A stretch of 64,000 nt of DNA from a virus. Location of the stretch: IMG/VR virus record IMGVR_UViG_3300050821_009780, positions 79,504 to 143,503 of that record, one strand, 5' to 3'. The notes under the pieces were generated by a model that had not been told where the DNA came from, did not search any database, and saw nothing but the letters and a program-made list of their open reading frames with translations. Every line of letters starts with the position of its first letter. The first letter of the stretch is position 1. Shown here in pieces: positions 26,484-36,638 of the stretch. The translations under genes were made by a program, and so were the position numbers.

Positions 26484-27367
26484 GCCCCTCCTACCGCCAC
26501 CCGGCCGCTCTTCGGCCCGCGTCCCTTGACCGGGCAGGCGTGCTTGACGTCGCAGTACCGGCACTTAGCCGGGGTCGGAGTAGGGTCCACGCGACCGTCC
26601 AGGATGTCGTTGGCCACGGCGACGATGCGCTGGAACATCTGCGTCCGGTGGTCCGCAGTGAACTGCCAGGACGGCATGGTCTCATCGCACAGCGGCTGCA
26701 GCAGCCCGGAGCAGACCGGCCACCGGCCCTTCTTCATGGCCCACACGGCGATCTCGTAGAAAACGAGCTGGCCGAGGGTCTTGCGCCAGTACTGGTTATC
26801 TCTGGTGGTCTTCAGATCCCAGACCTCGACGACCATGCCGTTCTCGTCGGTACCGTTGACCTGGACCTCGCCTGGCAGAAGCCGGCGGCGGACCAGCAGG
26901 TCTATCTCTCCGTGGAGAAGGATCTGCACCTTGCTCCCGTCCGGGCGCGGGATGACGAGCGGCACCTCGAACCGCGGCGCCGGGTCCCAGTCGTAGGACG
27001 GCGGCTCGTACAGGTGCAGCAGGGTCCGCAGGTCGTCCTCCAGCTGGTGCACCGCGTCCCGGCACATCTCACGGACCTCGGCGCGGTCGGAGAGGTGCTT
27101 CCAGCGGATGATGCCGTCGCCCGCCTCCTGGGTGCCCTTCTCCAGCTCGTCCATGATCCGGTCCACCTGCGCGGTCATCCAGCCGCGCTGGGGGTCGTCG
27201 CCCTGCAGCCACTGGCGCATGCACCGGTCGGCGACGTTGCCGGCGAAGAACACGCGTCCATCCGCCACCTTGGACCGGCGGCCCAGCGCGATGAGGTGGC
27301 CCTTCTGCGGGCATTCGCTGTGCAGCCTAATCCGACTCCAACTTATCTTCAACGGACTGTCGGTCAC
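26480..27367 (-). CDS. PD-(D/E)XK (Cas4/RecB-like) exonuclease with probable Fe-S cluster
   Basis: SWS...ECP, GEIDL, DLKT, QLVFY and C-terminal CRYC...C motifs. Confidence 0.85.
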   Translation of the reverse strand: MTDSPLKISWSRIRLHSECPQKGHLIALGRRSKVADGRVFFAGNVADRCMRQWLQGDDPQRGWMTAQVDRIMDELEKGTQEAGDGIIRWKHLSDRAEVREMCRDAVHQLEDDLRTLLHLYEPPSYDWDPAPRFEVPLVIPRPDGSKVQILLHGEIDLLVRRRLLPGEVQVNGTDENGMVVEVWDLKTTRDNQYWRKTLGQLVFYEIAVWAMKKGRWPVCSGLLQPLCDETMPSWQFTADHRTQMFQRIVAVANDILDGRVDPTPTPAKCRYCDVKHACPVKGRGPKSGRVAVGGA

Positions 27368-27621
27368 AGAGCCAGGCCCTCCACCTCGTGCGCGGCAGCC
27401 ACCTGGTAAAGACCCGGCCTGTCAAAGCAGCAGACGAGAAAACTACGGCTGAACATAGCCAGCCACAGGTGGATCTTGCAGTCGTGCAGGTCCATCCCGC
27501 TTTCACGTTCCGAGTCGGTATGCGCAATGGAGAAGCCCTCGTCCAGGTCAACCCACGCGACGTGGGTGTCGCGCAGCCCCAGGTCGGCCTGCACCCGCTT
27601 GACATCCTCGACGGTGAACAC
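27364..27621 (-). CDS. Hypothetical protein
   Basis: GTGA-coupled. Confidence 0.55.
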   Translation of the reverse strand: MFTVEDVKRVQADLGLRDTHVAWVDLDEGFSIAHTDSERESGMDLHDCKIHLWLAMFSRSFLVCCFDRPGLYQVAAAHEVEGLAL

Positions 27622-28166
27622 TACAGCCCGGTGCCCGGGACTTCGCCGTCGAACGGGTTGATGCCGATAACCGGGATACCGGTCTCACAGCGAATCTGCT
27701 CCGCCGACTCCTTCCAGTCCTCGAAGTACAGCCGGACGTCGGCGCCGTTCCGGCGCAGCGCCTGCAGCACCCGGGTCTTCCAGATGCCGTTCGGCGAATG
27801 GTCCTCCGAAGGCCGCAGAATGACGGCGGACAATGGCACCTGGTGCTTCTTCACCCACTCCCAGGTCAGGTCGTAGGCGAGCAGGCTGCGGCCGGACACC
27901 GCGATGTGCGTGTACCAGCCCATCTCGCGCATGAGCGCGACGCTGCCGTGCACCGGCTCGTCGTCGGCGCACTGGAGGCTGTAGTCACACCAGGTAGGCG
28001 CGTCCGGTCCTCCGGCCTTGATGGCCGGAACCATGTCGCGGCGGTGGACAGTGCTGCACAGGGTGCTGTCCAGGTCCCAGCCGATGACGGGACGGTGCTG
28101 GGCCAGCCACCACCCGGCCTCGGTCCGGACCATGTCGTCCAGCACGGCATCAGGAGTCTTAGGCAC
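27621..28166 (-). CDS. HAD-family phosphatase (PNK 3'-phosphatase-like)
   Basis: WDLDSTL (DxD), SGR, K and FED motifs. Confidence 0.75.
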   Translation of the reverse strand: MPKTPDAVLDDMVRTEAGWWLAQHRPVIGWDLDSTLCSTVHRRDMVPAIKAGGPDAPTWCDYSLQCADDEPVHGSVALMREMGWYTHIAVSGRSLLAYDLTWEWVKKHQVPLSAVILRPSEDHSPNGIWKTRVLQALRRNGADVRLYFEDWKESAEQIRCETGIPVIGINPFDGEVPGTGL

Positions 28167-28419
28167 GGCTGGCCTCACAGAAGGTGCAGCCGGCCCCCGT
28201 GCAACCCTCGCCGCAGGTTGCGCCGAGCGCGACGACCAGCTTCGGGATATCCGCATCCTCGACGCAGATTTCCTCGTAGCAACGGTCCTTGATCGAGAAA
28301 TACCCGTAGTTACGTGTCACCCGCAGGCTCTCCAGGCCGTCGTCTGCGATGCCTATCCTAGTCTCGTGCCCAAGGGTCATGCGCTTCTCGTACGACGGCT
28401 CGTACTCAGCGGTCGCCAT
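28159..28419 (-). CDS. Hypothetical protein
   Basis: Overlapping ORF with a Cys-rich C-terminus. Confidence 0.5.
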   Translation of the reverse strand: MATAEYEPSYEKRMTLGHETRIGIADDGLESLRVTRNYGYFSIKDRCYEEICVEDADIPKLVVALGATCGEGCTGAGCTFCEASRA

Positions 28420-29431
28420 GCTGTGCTCCTGTCAGCAGTTCCTCCACGAGGTCCTCCACGTCCTTGCCTAGGCCTAGCGACTTCACGTGCGCGATGACGG
28501 ACCCGGTGTTCAAGATCTCCAGCCTGGCATCGCCAGCTGACTGGAGGAACTCGTCGAGCCGGCCCTGCATGTCGGTGGCCTGCTGCTTCTCCTGCAGCCG
28601 GAAGACCTCGCCGGCGGGCTTGGCATCGAGCGGGACGAACTCGAACGCCCCGGTGTCCTGATCCCAGAAGGTGACGCCTACCTGGCGGGTCAGATTGTAC
28701 TCGTGCAGGCTGCCGCGGCTCAGCGCCCCGTTGTTGCAGAAGGTCACGCCGCCGTGCTGGAACATACGGTGCGGCTCGTGCACATGCCCGTAGAAGACAT
28801 TGCCTCCGTAGCCCATGTGCTCGGACCAACGCATGCCGGGAAACCACTCGTAGGGCAGGTTCTCGCCTGGCGGGTAGAGCGGCGCGTGGGTGACGACCAG
28901 GTACGGCTCGCGGATGTTCACCTCCCGGTACAGGCGCAGCGCCTCGGCAACAGCAGTATCGATGCCCGGCTGAAGCGGCAGCGGAGCGCTGCGCGCCATC
29001 ACCTTGACCAGCTCCTCATCCCACAGCCCGTATCCCTGCAGCCAGGGCACGCCGAACACCTTGAAGGGGCTGCCCCAGCCGTTCAGCTCGGTCGCCCCGG
29101 CGCGGTACAGCATGCCGAGGGGCTGCTTGGTGCTCACCGACTCCAGCCGGTCGTTGGACATGTCGTGGTTACCGGCCAGGATGAGCACCGGGAAGTGAGG
29201 AATACAGCTCTTGATGAACTCGCAGGTCCGGTGCACCAGGCTGTAGGACACCCGGCTGGGGGCCTTGCAGTGGAAGGTGTCCCCGGCCCACACCATGGGG
29301 GAGCCGCGCTCGATGCACAGCTCGCGGGCCTGCTCCAGCAAGTCGAAGAGATCATCCGTGTAGGACTCGGTGCAGCTAGCGGGCGGCTTGTCCGACAGAT
29401 GAATATCTGAGATGAGACACAGGCTAGTCAC
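28406..29431 (-). CDS. Mre11/SbcD-like metallophosphoesterase nuclease
   Basis: SDIH, GDTFH, GNHD, THAP, GHVH and NNGALSR motifs. Confidence 0.88.
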   Translation of the reverse strand: MTSLCLISDIHLSDKPPASCTESYTDDLFDLLEQARELCIERGSPMVWAGDTFHCKAPSRVSYSLVHRTCEFIKSCIPHFPVLILAGNHDMSNDRLESVSTKQPLGMLYRAGATELNGWGSPFKVFGVPWLQGYGLWDEELVKVMARSAPLPLQPGIDTAVAEALRLYREVNIREPYLVVTHAPLYPPGENLPYEWFPGMRWSEHMGYGGNVFYGHVHEPHRMFQHGGVTFCNNGALSRGSLHEYNLTRQVGVTFWDQDTGAFEFVPLDAKPAGEVFRLQEKQQATDMQGRLDEFLQSAGDARLEILNTGSVIAHVKSLGLGKDVEDLVEELLTGAQHGDR

Positions 29432-29711
29432 CGTGCGCTCCCCGGTACCTGTCTCCGGTCTCCATGTAGCGGAAGCACACAGCCGCGACCTGAACGGCTT
29501 CAGTCAGCACCCGCTCAGTCGGCTCGTCTGCTTTTATCGCATCCCACAGCTCGTCTACCTTCTCCTTGAGGATGACGTAGAACTCGTGCAGTCCCCACGG
29601 CTCCCGTCCGTGCTTGGCGTAAGCACGCTCCAGCTCCTGCTCCACTGCCACAACAGCAGCGCTACGGCTGGCCTCAAAGTTCCTGGCTATCAGGTCGTCT
29701 AGATGACTCAT
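29424..29711 (-). CDS. MazG-like nucleotide pyrophosphohydrolase
   Basis: ILKEKVDELW...EAVQVAAV all-alpha NTP-PPase pattern. Confidence 0.65.
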   Translation of the reverse strand: MSHLDDLIARNFEASRSAAVVAVEQELERAYAKHGREPWGLHEFYVILKEKVDELWDAIKADEPTERVLTEAVQVAAVCFRYMETGDRYRGAHGD

Positions 29712-29962
29712 GACTCTTTTACGATTTCCTCGGTCCACCAGTGCACCGCGACACCCTTCCGGACCCACGGGCTCTCGTACTTCCCTGTCGCGATACGGCG
29801 GATCTCGGCAATACGGTTCGGGTCCAGCAAGGGACCGTACCCGTGGCCATCCTCGGGAGACGCCCACGTGCGCCCGTGGCCGTCGCTGCGGGGCAGGTAA
29901 TCATGCGGCCTGCCGCACGTCTTGCAGGCCGCCGCCTTGCGCAGCAGCTCGGGAACGGTCAC
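29708..29962 (-). CDS. Hypothetical protein
   Basis: Coupled ORF with CxxC. Confidence 0.5.
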   Translation of the reverse strand: MTVPELLRKAAACKTCGRPHDYLPRSDGHGRTWASPEDGHGYGPLLDPNRIAEIRRIATGKYESPWVRKGVAVHWWTEEIVKES

Positions 29963-31356
29963 GGCAGCGCGTGCGCGGCGAGCAGGCTCCAGGTGACCGG
30001 GCCGACGGTACCATCCTGCTGCGCCGGGTCGTTCGGGTAGTAAGCCCGCTGCACTGCGACGACGGCGTTCTCAGTGTTCTGCCCGAAGTTCCCGTCGATG
30101 GCGAGCTGCAGCCCGTGCGCCTCGCACAGCGCCTGCACCCGCTTGACAGAGGCAGCCACAGGCAGGCCGGAACCCTTAGTCAGGGTCAGCAGCTGAGCGT
30201 TCGGCGAGCCGCCGACCAGCACCTCCCAGGTCACCGGGTCGGTCCAGCCGGTGGTCAGCAGCCCGGCGGTGGCCTGCAGGGCCTCCAGCGCGGTCTGGGT
30301 CTCGGCCCCGAAGTCCCCGTCCACCGGCACCGCCTGGCTGGCGGGAAGCGCCACGTTGAGGAGCAGCTGCACCTGGCGGACCCACGTCACGTTCCCGGCG
30401 GCGTCCTGGTCGCCCAGCCGGATGCCGGGGAGCTTGGAGTACAGCGTGGTCTCCCAGGCAGCGAGCGGAGCCGGGGCAGGAGCTGGCGGAGCAGGAGCCG
30501 GGGCGGGCGGCGGCGGGGGCGCGTACAGCCACAGGGTCACGTCGGAGGGAACAGGGGCAACCGGGGAGATCGTCCCGGCGAACATGCCGTTGATGAAGTC
30601 GGTGAGCGCGGCGTTCCAGCCGTACTTGACGTAGGTCCCGGCCAGGATGCCGGCGACGGTCTGGCCCGGCGCGAGCGCGGCGGCCTCGTACATGGCGGTC
30701 CGGCCATCTCCGCGCCACTGCTGCGGCACGGCGGGATCGGGCGCGGGGAGCTGGAAGAACGCGGGGCTGTTCACCGCCGACTCGTCCCACCCGGCGGTGG
30801 AGACGTACTGGGTGCCGTCCGCCTGGGGGTACCCGCAGGCGCTGGGCGAGCAGATGTGCCGGCCGATCCAGTGCGCGGACCAGATCCGGTACTTGGTCCT
30901 CGGTATCCCTGCGGCGGTGCACGCGTCGATGCAGTCCTGCACCGAGTAGCCGGCCGCCGCGCCGGGGGAGGCGTAGAAGCCGAGGCCGCCCGCCTTGATG
31001 AACGCGGGCACGCTGGAGGCGGTCACGTTGCCCGGCTCGATGTCGGTGTACATAGCCCCCTTGGCCCCGTCCGGGGTGACGGACACCAGCTGGGCGGCGG
31101 GGAACCGGGCCCTCAGCGCGGCCATGTTCTCGTAGATGCCGTTGAAGTACCCGGCGTAGGCGAACGCCCCGGCGGGGTCCGACCCGACGGCGGTGCTGTC
31201 GTACATGGCCTCGACGCCGGACGGGAGGTTCGCGGCGGCCAGCAGGTGCGCGGCGGTATCAAACCGGGCCCCGTTCGGGCCTGCCTGCATGGTGGCGGCG
31301 ATCCAGGCGGCATCGTGCAGCAGGTTCTGCGGCTGGACCACGGTCTGCTCTGTCAT
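29959..31356 (-). CDS. Endolysin-like protein: GH25/DUF1906-like glycoside hydrolase plus two peptidoglycan-binding domains
   Basis: DIEPG, IWSAHW, GTQY and DES motifs; Pro-rich linker; two V..VQ...DG.FG..T..A...Q...G...P.TW PG_binding_1 repeats. Confidence 0.8.
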   Translation of the reverse strand: MTEQTVVQPQNLLHDAAWIAATMQAGPNGARFDTAAHLLAAANLPSGVEAMYDSTAVGSDPAGAFAYAGYFNGIYENMAALRARFPAAQLVSVTPDGAKGAMYTDIEPGNVTASSVPAFIKAGGLGFYASPGAAAGYSVQDCIDACTAAGIPRTKYRIWSAHWIGRHICSPSACGYPQADGTQYVSTAGWDESAVNSPAFFQLPAPDPAVPQQWRGDGRTAMYEAAALAPGQTVAGILAGTYVKYGWNAALTDFINGMFAGTISPVAPVPSDVTLWLYAPPPPPAPAPAPPAPAPAPLAAWETTLYSKLPGIRLGDQDAAGNVTWVRQVQLLLNVALPASQAVPVDGDFGAETQTALEALQATAGLLTTGWTDPVTWEVLVGGSPNAQLLTLTKGSGLPVAASVKRVQALCEAHGLQLAIDGNFGQNTENAVVAVQRAYYPNDPAQQDGTVGPVTWSLLAAHALP

Positions 31357-32291
31357 GACGTTCCCTCTCCCACTGACTGCCCGCAGGTAGGACAGGTCCC
31401 GGCGGCTACCAGCGCCTCGTGCAGCGCCCGGTGCGCCTTATCTTCCTCGACGGCGAGTATCTGCTGCTGCCGCTCCGTTGTCCTTGCGGCCTGATCGGCC
31501 TGCTGGTACTGGCTGTGCAGGTTGCGGAGACGGCCGAGCCGGGAACCCAGGAGGTCAAGCTGCTCCGCCGACGGAGCACTCAGCACGGCCAGCCTGGTCT
31601 CAGCGGCACTCTGGGCGGCGATGCCCTGGCGGAAGGCGGACCACAGCGCCCCGAGCCGCTCTCTCTGGTCGGTGATGTACTCCAGGCTGTCCATCCGGTC
31701 ACGGGCCTCCATAAAGGCAGCCCGGCGGGCTTTCAGCGTGCGGAACGGCTGCGCGGCTGCAGTCAGCGCCCGCACCATATCCTCATAGGACTTAAGCTCG
31801 CGGGCGATCTCCAGCTTGCGCCGGTTGGCCTCGCGGGCGGCGTCGAAGACCAGGGTGACGTTGGTCAGCTCGCCGAGCGCCCGGGCGACCTGGCTGCCGG
31901 AGTCGGCCAGCAGGAACGGCCGGTCGAACTGCCCGGCGAAGTTGATGTCCTGCAAGGCCAGCAGGGCGCTGACCTCCTCCGGCACCGCCCCGGCGAGCTT
32001 GGTGTACGTCTTCTTCTCGCCCAGCACGTTCACGGTGTAGGCGTCCTGGCCCCGGCCGCCGCGCACGATCCCTGCTGTCAAGCCGCTGTCATCCTGCACG
32101 ATGGCCTTGCAGGACTTCGCCCCGTGCCTGATGTAGGCGGTGCCGCGGGCGTTGAACACGACCAGCTTCAGCGCCCGGACGACAGCGGACTTGCCGGAGC
32201 CGGTGGGGCCGGTGACGACGGTGAGCCGGCCCAGGCGCAGCTGCGCCTTGCGGAGCGCCTGGTAGTCCTCGATGGCGATGTCGGTGATCAC
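31353..32291 (-). CDS. Rad50/SbcC-like ABC ATPase, N-terminal half ending at the zinc hook
   Basis: IEDYQAL, Walker A GPTGSGKS, Q-loop FAGQFD, coiled coil, terminal CPTCGQ. Confidence 0.85.
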   Translation of the reverse strand: MITDIAIEDYQALRKAQLRLGRLTVVTGPTGSGKSAVVRALKLVVFNARGTAYIRHGAKSCKAIVQDDSGLTAGIVRGGRGQDAYTVNVLGEKKTYTKLAGAVPEEVSALLALQDINFAGQFDRPFLLADSGSQVARALGELTNVTLVFDAAREANRRKLEIARELKSYEDMVRALTAAAQPFRTLKARRAAFMEARDRMDSLEYITDQRERLGALWSAFRQGIAAQSAAETRLAVLSAPSAEQLDLLGSRLGRLRNLHSQYQQADQAARTTERQQQILAVEEDKAHRALHEALVAAGTCPTCGQSVGEGTS

Positions 32292-32305
32292 GTCTGTTGT
32301 ACGGG

Positions 32306-32554
32306 TCAGGCCGGGCAGGAGGACGTAGCCGCCAGCTCGGCGTCGTAGTCCTTGTCGGTCTTGATGGTCATGTTCGAGGTCTCCGAGCAGCCGCACGGGC
32401 AGCTGTAGCAGTCGCCGCCGCCGAAGCTGCCCGCCCCGCACACCCCGGCCCCGCAGTTCCAGCAGACGTGGTGCCAGTGCGCGGAGGTGTACAGCCGGGA
32501 CTGCTCGCACCGGTCAGGCAGCCGGACTGCCTTCAGCGCCATACCAGGGACCAT
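32306..32554 (-). CDS. Small Cys-rich protein
   Basis: Multiple CxxC motifs. Confidence 0.45.
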   Translation of the reverse strand: MVPGMALKAVRLPDRCEQSRLYTSAHWHHVCWNCGAGVCGAGSFGGGDCYSCPCGCSETSNMTIKTDKDYDAELAATSSCPA

Positions 32555-32556
32555 CG

Positions 32557-32742
32557 TTAGCCTGCCTCGCCGAAGGTGGTCCAGCCGGGGTACTCGGCCG
32601 GGAACACGTCCCCGCACTCCGGGCACTCCTGGTCGGCGACGGGCGGCCCGTCCATCTGCTCGATGTCGATGGAGTCATCGTGCCACTGCCCCTCCAGCGT
32701 GGTATCGCAGGAGGGGCAGTCGATGAGGGCGGTGAAGTTCAC
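32557..32742 (-). CDS. Small Zn-ribbon protein
   Basis: CPSC...CPEC. Confidence 0.6.
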   Translation of the reverse strand: MNFTALIDCPSCDTTLEGQWHDDSIDIEQMDGPPVADQECPECGDVFPAEYPGWTTFGEAG

Positions 32743-32745
32743 GGC

Positions 32746-33870
32746 CTAGGCATCTTCGTGCACCAGCTCGCCGTCCACCACCCGGTGCACCTTGCCGAGG
32801 TCGCAGCGGCGGCTGTGGCTGCTGACGATGTGCCCGCCCATGCCCATGAGCCGGTCCACCGCGCGGTAGTCCAGGTCGGGCAGGTTGGCGGTGACGGTGA
32901 CGGCGTTGAGCAGGCTGTAGGCGGTCATCTCGTCGTCTTCGGCCATCTCGCCGATGACCCGGTGCCGGTCGGCGACGGTGATGCCGTTGTCGTCGAACAG
33001 GCCCTCCAGCATGCCGCGCACGTCCCCGGTGACCGGCTGGGCGGTGAGGCCCTGCACGTTGTCGAGCATAGGCTCCAGGCCGGCGAGGACCTCGTCCACG
33101 GTGACGGAAGCCCAGGCGACGGCGTCATCCTCGGTCTGCCCGCGCCGGGAGAAGTTGGGGGAGGCGTTGATGGTGTCGATGCACCCGTTGGTGCACCACC
33201 AGCGGAACAGGTAGCCGCGCACGGAGGTCTGCCTCAGCCCGGTGAGCGAGTTGCGGTAGTCGATGCCGACGCTCCAGGTATCATCCGGGACGGACGTGCC
33301 GGTGATGACGCGCCGCTGGCCGGGGACGATGAGCCGCAGCGCGGTCGCCTCCAGGTTGTGGTGGAACTTGTAGTCAGCCAGCACCTCGCCCTGGCCGTAC
33401 TTCTTCTCGACGCCGGCGATGACGGTGTCGAGCATGCGCAGGTTGGAGAACGGGTTGACGGTGCCCCGGGTGACGGCGGCGACCTTGTCCTGCTGGCACA
33501 GCGCCTTCAGCTCCTTGGCAGCCACGTCCTCGCCGTTGGCCAGCCACCAGTTGATGAACGGGGCGAGCACGTCGGGCGGGGTCTGCGCCTGCAGGCCGCG
33601 CGGCATGTGGCAAACGGCCCCCAGCTCCAGCGCGCCCTGCTTGGTGAACTGGTACTCGTTGCCGCCCGGCAGCCGCAGGTACGCGCCGGTGTAGGCGGTG
33701 TCCGCGACGGTCTTGGCGGCCCACCCCGGCTCGTAGCGGACCTCGGCGTCGCCGGCGGTGAACTCGACCTCGCTCAGCGGCTCGGTGACGGCCAGGCGCT
33801 CCCGCACCTGGTCCAGGGTAAGGAGCTGGCTCCGCATTTCGTCGAGCGATACCGCACTGGCATGGACCAT
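32746..33870 (-). CDS. DUF932-like protein
   Basis: GIDYRNSLTG...VRGYLFRWWCTNG motif; GGAGG RBS; has its own promoter. Confidence 0.6.
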   Translation of the reverse strand: MVHASAVSLDEMRSQLLTLDQVRERLAVTEPLSEVEFTAGDAEVRYEPGWAAKTVADTAYTGAYLRLPGGNEYQFTKQGALELGAVCHMPRGLQAQTPPDVLAPFINWWLANGEDVAAKELKALCQQDKVAAVTRGTVNPFSNLRMLDTVIAGVEKKYGQGEVLADYKFHHNLEATALRLIVPGQRRVITGTSVPDDTWSVGIDYRNSLTGLRQTSVRGYLFRWWCTNGCIDTINASPNFSRRGQTEDDAVAWASVTVDEVLAGLEPMLDNVQGLTAQPVTGDVRGMLEGLFDDNGITVADRHRVIGEMAEDDEMTAYSLLNAVTVTANLPDLDYRAVDRLMGMGGHIVSSHSRRCDLGKVHRVVDGELVHEDA

Positions 33871-33904
33871 GATGGTTCCTCCCGCATCAGAAGTTCTTGG
33901 CTCC

Positions 33905-33934
33905 AGCCTAGTCACTGACTTGGCTCAGGTCAAG
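33905..33934 (-). promoter_or_regulatory. Sigma-A-type promoter with overlapping operator
   Basis: TTGACC-N17-TAGGCT; CTTGGCT-CA-GGTCAAG at 33919-33934. Confidence 0.7.
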
Positions 33935-33958
33935 GGAAGGAGGCTGCTTCCGACACTA

Positions 33959-35035
33959 CTACGTATCCGAGGAGGATTCTTCCTCCCACGGGGGCGGGTC
34001 GTCCCCCGTCAGGCTGGCGCGCGGCTTCGCAACAGGAAGCACGGGAGACGCAGCCCGGACTGCCTTCTCGATGGCGGCAAACCCCTCCGGGTTAGCGTCC
34101 AGGTAGCCCCGGGCGGCAATCTTGCCGTTGCCGATATTCTGCCCATCCCAGACGTACCAGGCCCCGGACTTCTTCAGAGCCCCGCGCTCCACCCCCAGGT
34201 CGAGCAGCTCGGCGGAGCGGCTGATGCCGACGCCGAACAGGAAGTCGAACTCGGCGGTCTGGAACGGGCGGCCCAGCTTGTTCTTGACCACCTTGACCCG
34301 CACCCGGCTGCCGACGGGCTGGTCGCCGTCCTTGATGGTCGAGATGCGCCGCACGTCGAGCCGGACCGACGCGTAGAACTTCAGTGCCTTGCCGCCCGGC
34401 TGAGTCTCGGAGCTGCCGAAGAACACCCCGACCTTCTCGCGCAGCTGGTTGATGAAGACGAGCGTGGTGCCGGAGTCGTGCGCCTTCCCGGTCAGGATAC
34501 GCAGCGCCTGGCTCATCATGCGCGCCTGCAGCCCGACGTGCGCATCACCGATCTCGCCCTTCAGCTCGGCCTCGGGCACCAGGGCCGCGACCGAGTCGAT
34601 GGTGACCATGGAGAACAGCCCGGACGACACCAGGTTGTCGGCGATCTGCAGGCCCTTCTCGCCGCTGTCCGGCTGCGACAGGTACAGGTCGTCCACGTTC
34701 ACCCCGAGGATGTCGGCCCACTCGGGGTCCAGGGCGTGCTCGGCGTCGATGAGCGCGACCTTCTTGCCCATCCGCTGCGCGTTGCCCATGGCGGTCAGCG
34801 CCAGGGAAGTCTTGCCGGACGACTCAGGACCGTAGATCTCCACGATGCGCCCGGCCGCGAACCCGCCGACCTTCAGCGCCTCATCCAGCGCGATAGACCC
34901 GCTCGGGACCACGTCCACCGGCTCCGGATCAGTGTCATCGCCGAACCGGATGAGCGCGCCCTTGCCGAACTGCTTGTCCATTCCGGCCATGAGGTCGGAC
35001 ATCTTCTGCTCGGGGGTCAGCTCGGCCTTCGCCAT
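33959..35035 (-). CDS. recA: Recombinase RecA
   Basis: [56 protein letters not shown] and VVKNK motifs. Confidence 0.97.
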   Translation of the reverse strand: MAKAELTPEQKMSDLMAGMDKQFGKGALIRFGDDTDPEPVDVVPSGSIALDEALKVGGFAAGRIVEIYGPESSGKTSLALTAMGNAQRMGKKVALIDAEHALDPEWADILGVNVDDLYLSQPDSGEKGLQIADNLVSSGLFSMVTIDSVAALVPEAELKGEIGDAHVGLQARMMSQALRILTGKAHDSGTTLVFINQLREKVGVFFGSSETQPGGKALKFYASVRLDVRRISTIKDGDQPVGSRVRVKVVKNKLGRPFQTAEFDFLFGVGISRSAELLDLGVERGALKKSGAWYVWDGQNIGNGKIAARGYLDANPEGFAAIEKAVRAASPVLPVAKPRASLTGDDPPPWEEESSSDT

Positions 35036-35430
35036 CAGATGGTCTCCCAGCCGTTGTTGTCCCCCAGGAGGCGCAGCCGCCGCAGCTCGGTCAGCAGGCG
35101 GACGAAGTGCTCGCCGGACATGGTGACGTAGCCGGTGCCTGGGTCGGTGGCCTGGAGGCGGGGCGAGAGCCGGCGGCGGTGCCACACGGCCCCGACCGGC
35201 ACCTTGGCGTTATCCGCCTCGGCCACGGCCTCGTCCACCCACTGGGCCAGGGTCTGGCCCTTGCAGTTCTTCGCCTCGATGACGACACCGGGCACCGACG
35301 GCACCTCGATATCTCCCTCGTCCTTGCTCCCGGCCTGGACCTTGCGCCGGGCCGGGAGGCCGCGGAGCGCCAGGTAGGCGACCACCGAGACCTCCCACGA
35401 GGTGCCTTTTTTCTTGGCGGGGTTCGACAT
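35035..35430 (-). CDS. Holliday junction resolvase (Hjc-like PD-(D/E)XK)
   Basis: [13 protein letters not shown] and IEAKN motifs. Confidence 0.8.
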   Translation of the reverse strand: MSNPAKKKGTSWEVSVVAYLALRGLPARRKVQAGSKDEGDIEVPSVPGVVIEAKNCKGQTLAQWVDEAVAEADNAKVPVGAVWHRRRLSPRLQATDPGTGYVTMSGEHFVRLLTELRRLRLLGDNNGWETI

Positions 35431-36638
35431 CAGACCCCGTCGAGCAAGTTGTCGAAGTCGAAGTCCCCGCTAGAAGACGCCGTCTCCGGAGACGGCGTAG
35501 AGGAGGGCGCACTGGCAGGGGCTGAACCCGCAGCACTCTCACTCTCATCCCCGAAAGGGTCGTCAAGAACCTTCCGGGCCTTCTCCGCCTGCTGCGCAGC
35601 CTCCTGCTCCCGCTCGACGCCTGCTACCAGGCCGGCCGCGTCAGAAGGGCGGGCAGTCCGGGGAGTCGCAGGCTTTTTCGTTGAGGCAGAAGCCTTCTTT
35701 GGCGCAGCCTGCGGCGAGTCCGGCAGGAACTCCGCGAAAGGGTCGGCCACCGCAGAGCCCAGCGCCGCCTTCTGCTCGTCGGTCATCGCGTCCAGGACCG
35801 TGCCGGCATCCTGGGTCTCCTCCCCGAGCAGCTCCTCGATGCCGCCGGACAGGTCGGCGGCCTTGGACTGGAACGCCTCGGAGACCTGGCCCTCGTTGCG
35901 CAGCTTGCGCCACTGGCGCATCGCGAACTCGCAGTCCTCCTGCATCCGCTCGCGCGGCACGGCCGAGCCGCAGCCGTCCTTGAGCTGGGCGTCGGTGGCC
36001 CGGTTGCCCGCCGTGCCGAGCAGCTCCTTCAGGTAGCCTGCCGGGGCTTCCTTGTAGCCCGGGTCCATCTTGAACGCGAGCTTGTTCCGCTGCCAGCTCG
36101 GCTCCTCGCACTCCAGGGTGATGTCGTGCCGGCGCAGGTCGCCGATCTCCTGCTGGATGCCCTCGATCTCATCGTAGATGCGGCCGGTGAACTTCCACAT
36201 CTTGATGGAGGCGCTGAACGGCTTGGCGGTGTTGAAGCTGTTCCCGGCCAGGGTGTAGTACACCACGTTGACCGCGAACCGCTGCACCGGGCCGGCGATG
36301 TCCCCGCCTGACTTGACAGACGCGTCGCAGGCGGGGCAGTTCCGCTCGTCGATTCCCTTTTCCCTCAGCGTGTCCTCGTCGCCCAGGCAGATCTCGGTGC
36401 GCAGCAGTTCCAGATCGTAGTCGTCGTACTCGTCGCCGTTCTTCCGCCTCTTCTTTTCCTTCTTCGGGGTGCCGTCGTCGTGAAACTTGGGGTGCTTGAT
36501 GTAGTGAACGAATTCGCGCCACGGTTCTTCGATGACTGTGAAACGTGCCTTCTGGCCTTTTTCCGTAAGCTTGACTGAGGGGAACCCGGCCGTGCCTTCG
36601 CCGGTCTTGTTCTCGGGTGCGACCGCTACTCTGCCCAT
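35430..36638 (-). CDS. ssDNA-binding protein (gp32-like)
   Basis: H...C...CPAC Zn site, RFAVNVV, acidic-hydrophobic tail DFDFDNLLDGV; next to resolvase and recA. Confidence 0.7.
   Translation of the reverse strand: MGRVAVAPENKTGEGTAGFPSVKLTEKGQKARFTVIEEPWREFVHYIKHPKFHDDGTPKKEKKRRKNGDEYDDYDLELLRTEICLGDEDTLREKGIDERNCPACDASVKSGGDIAGPVQRFAVNVVYYTLAGNSFNTAKPFSASIKMWKFTGRIYDEIEGIQQEIGDLRRHDITLECEEPSWQRNKLAFKMDPGYKEAPAGYLKELLGTAGNRATDAQLKDGCGSAVPRERMQEDCEFAMRQWRKLRNEGQVSEAFQSKAADLSGGIEELLGEETQDAGTVLDAMTDEQKAALGSAVADPFAEFLPDSPQAAPKKASASTKKPATPRTARPSDAAGLVAGVEREQEAAQQAEKARKVLDDPFGDESESAAGSAPASAPSSTPSPETASSSGDFDFDNLLDGV

Noticed and set aside
26480-27367. Cas4-like nuclease as evidence of a CRISPR-Cas system
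   Set aside because: Solo Cas4/RecB-like nucleases are common in phage replication modules; no other cas genes are present
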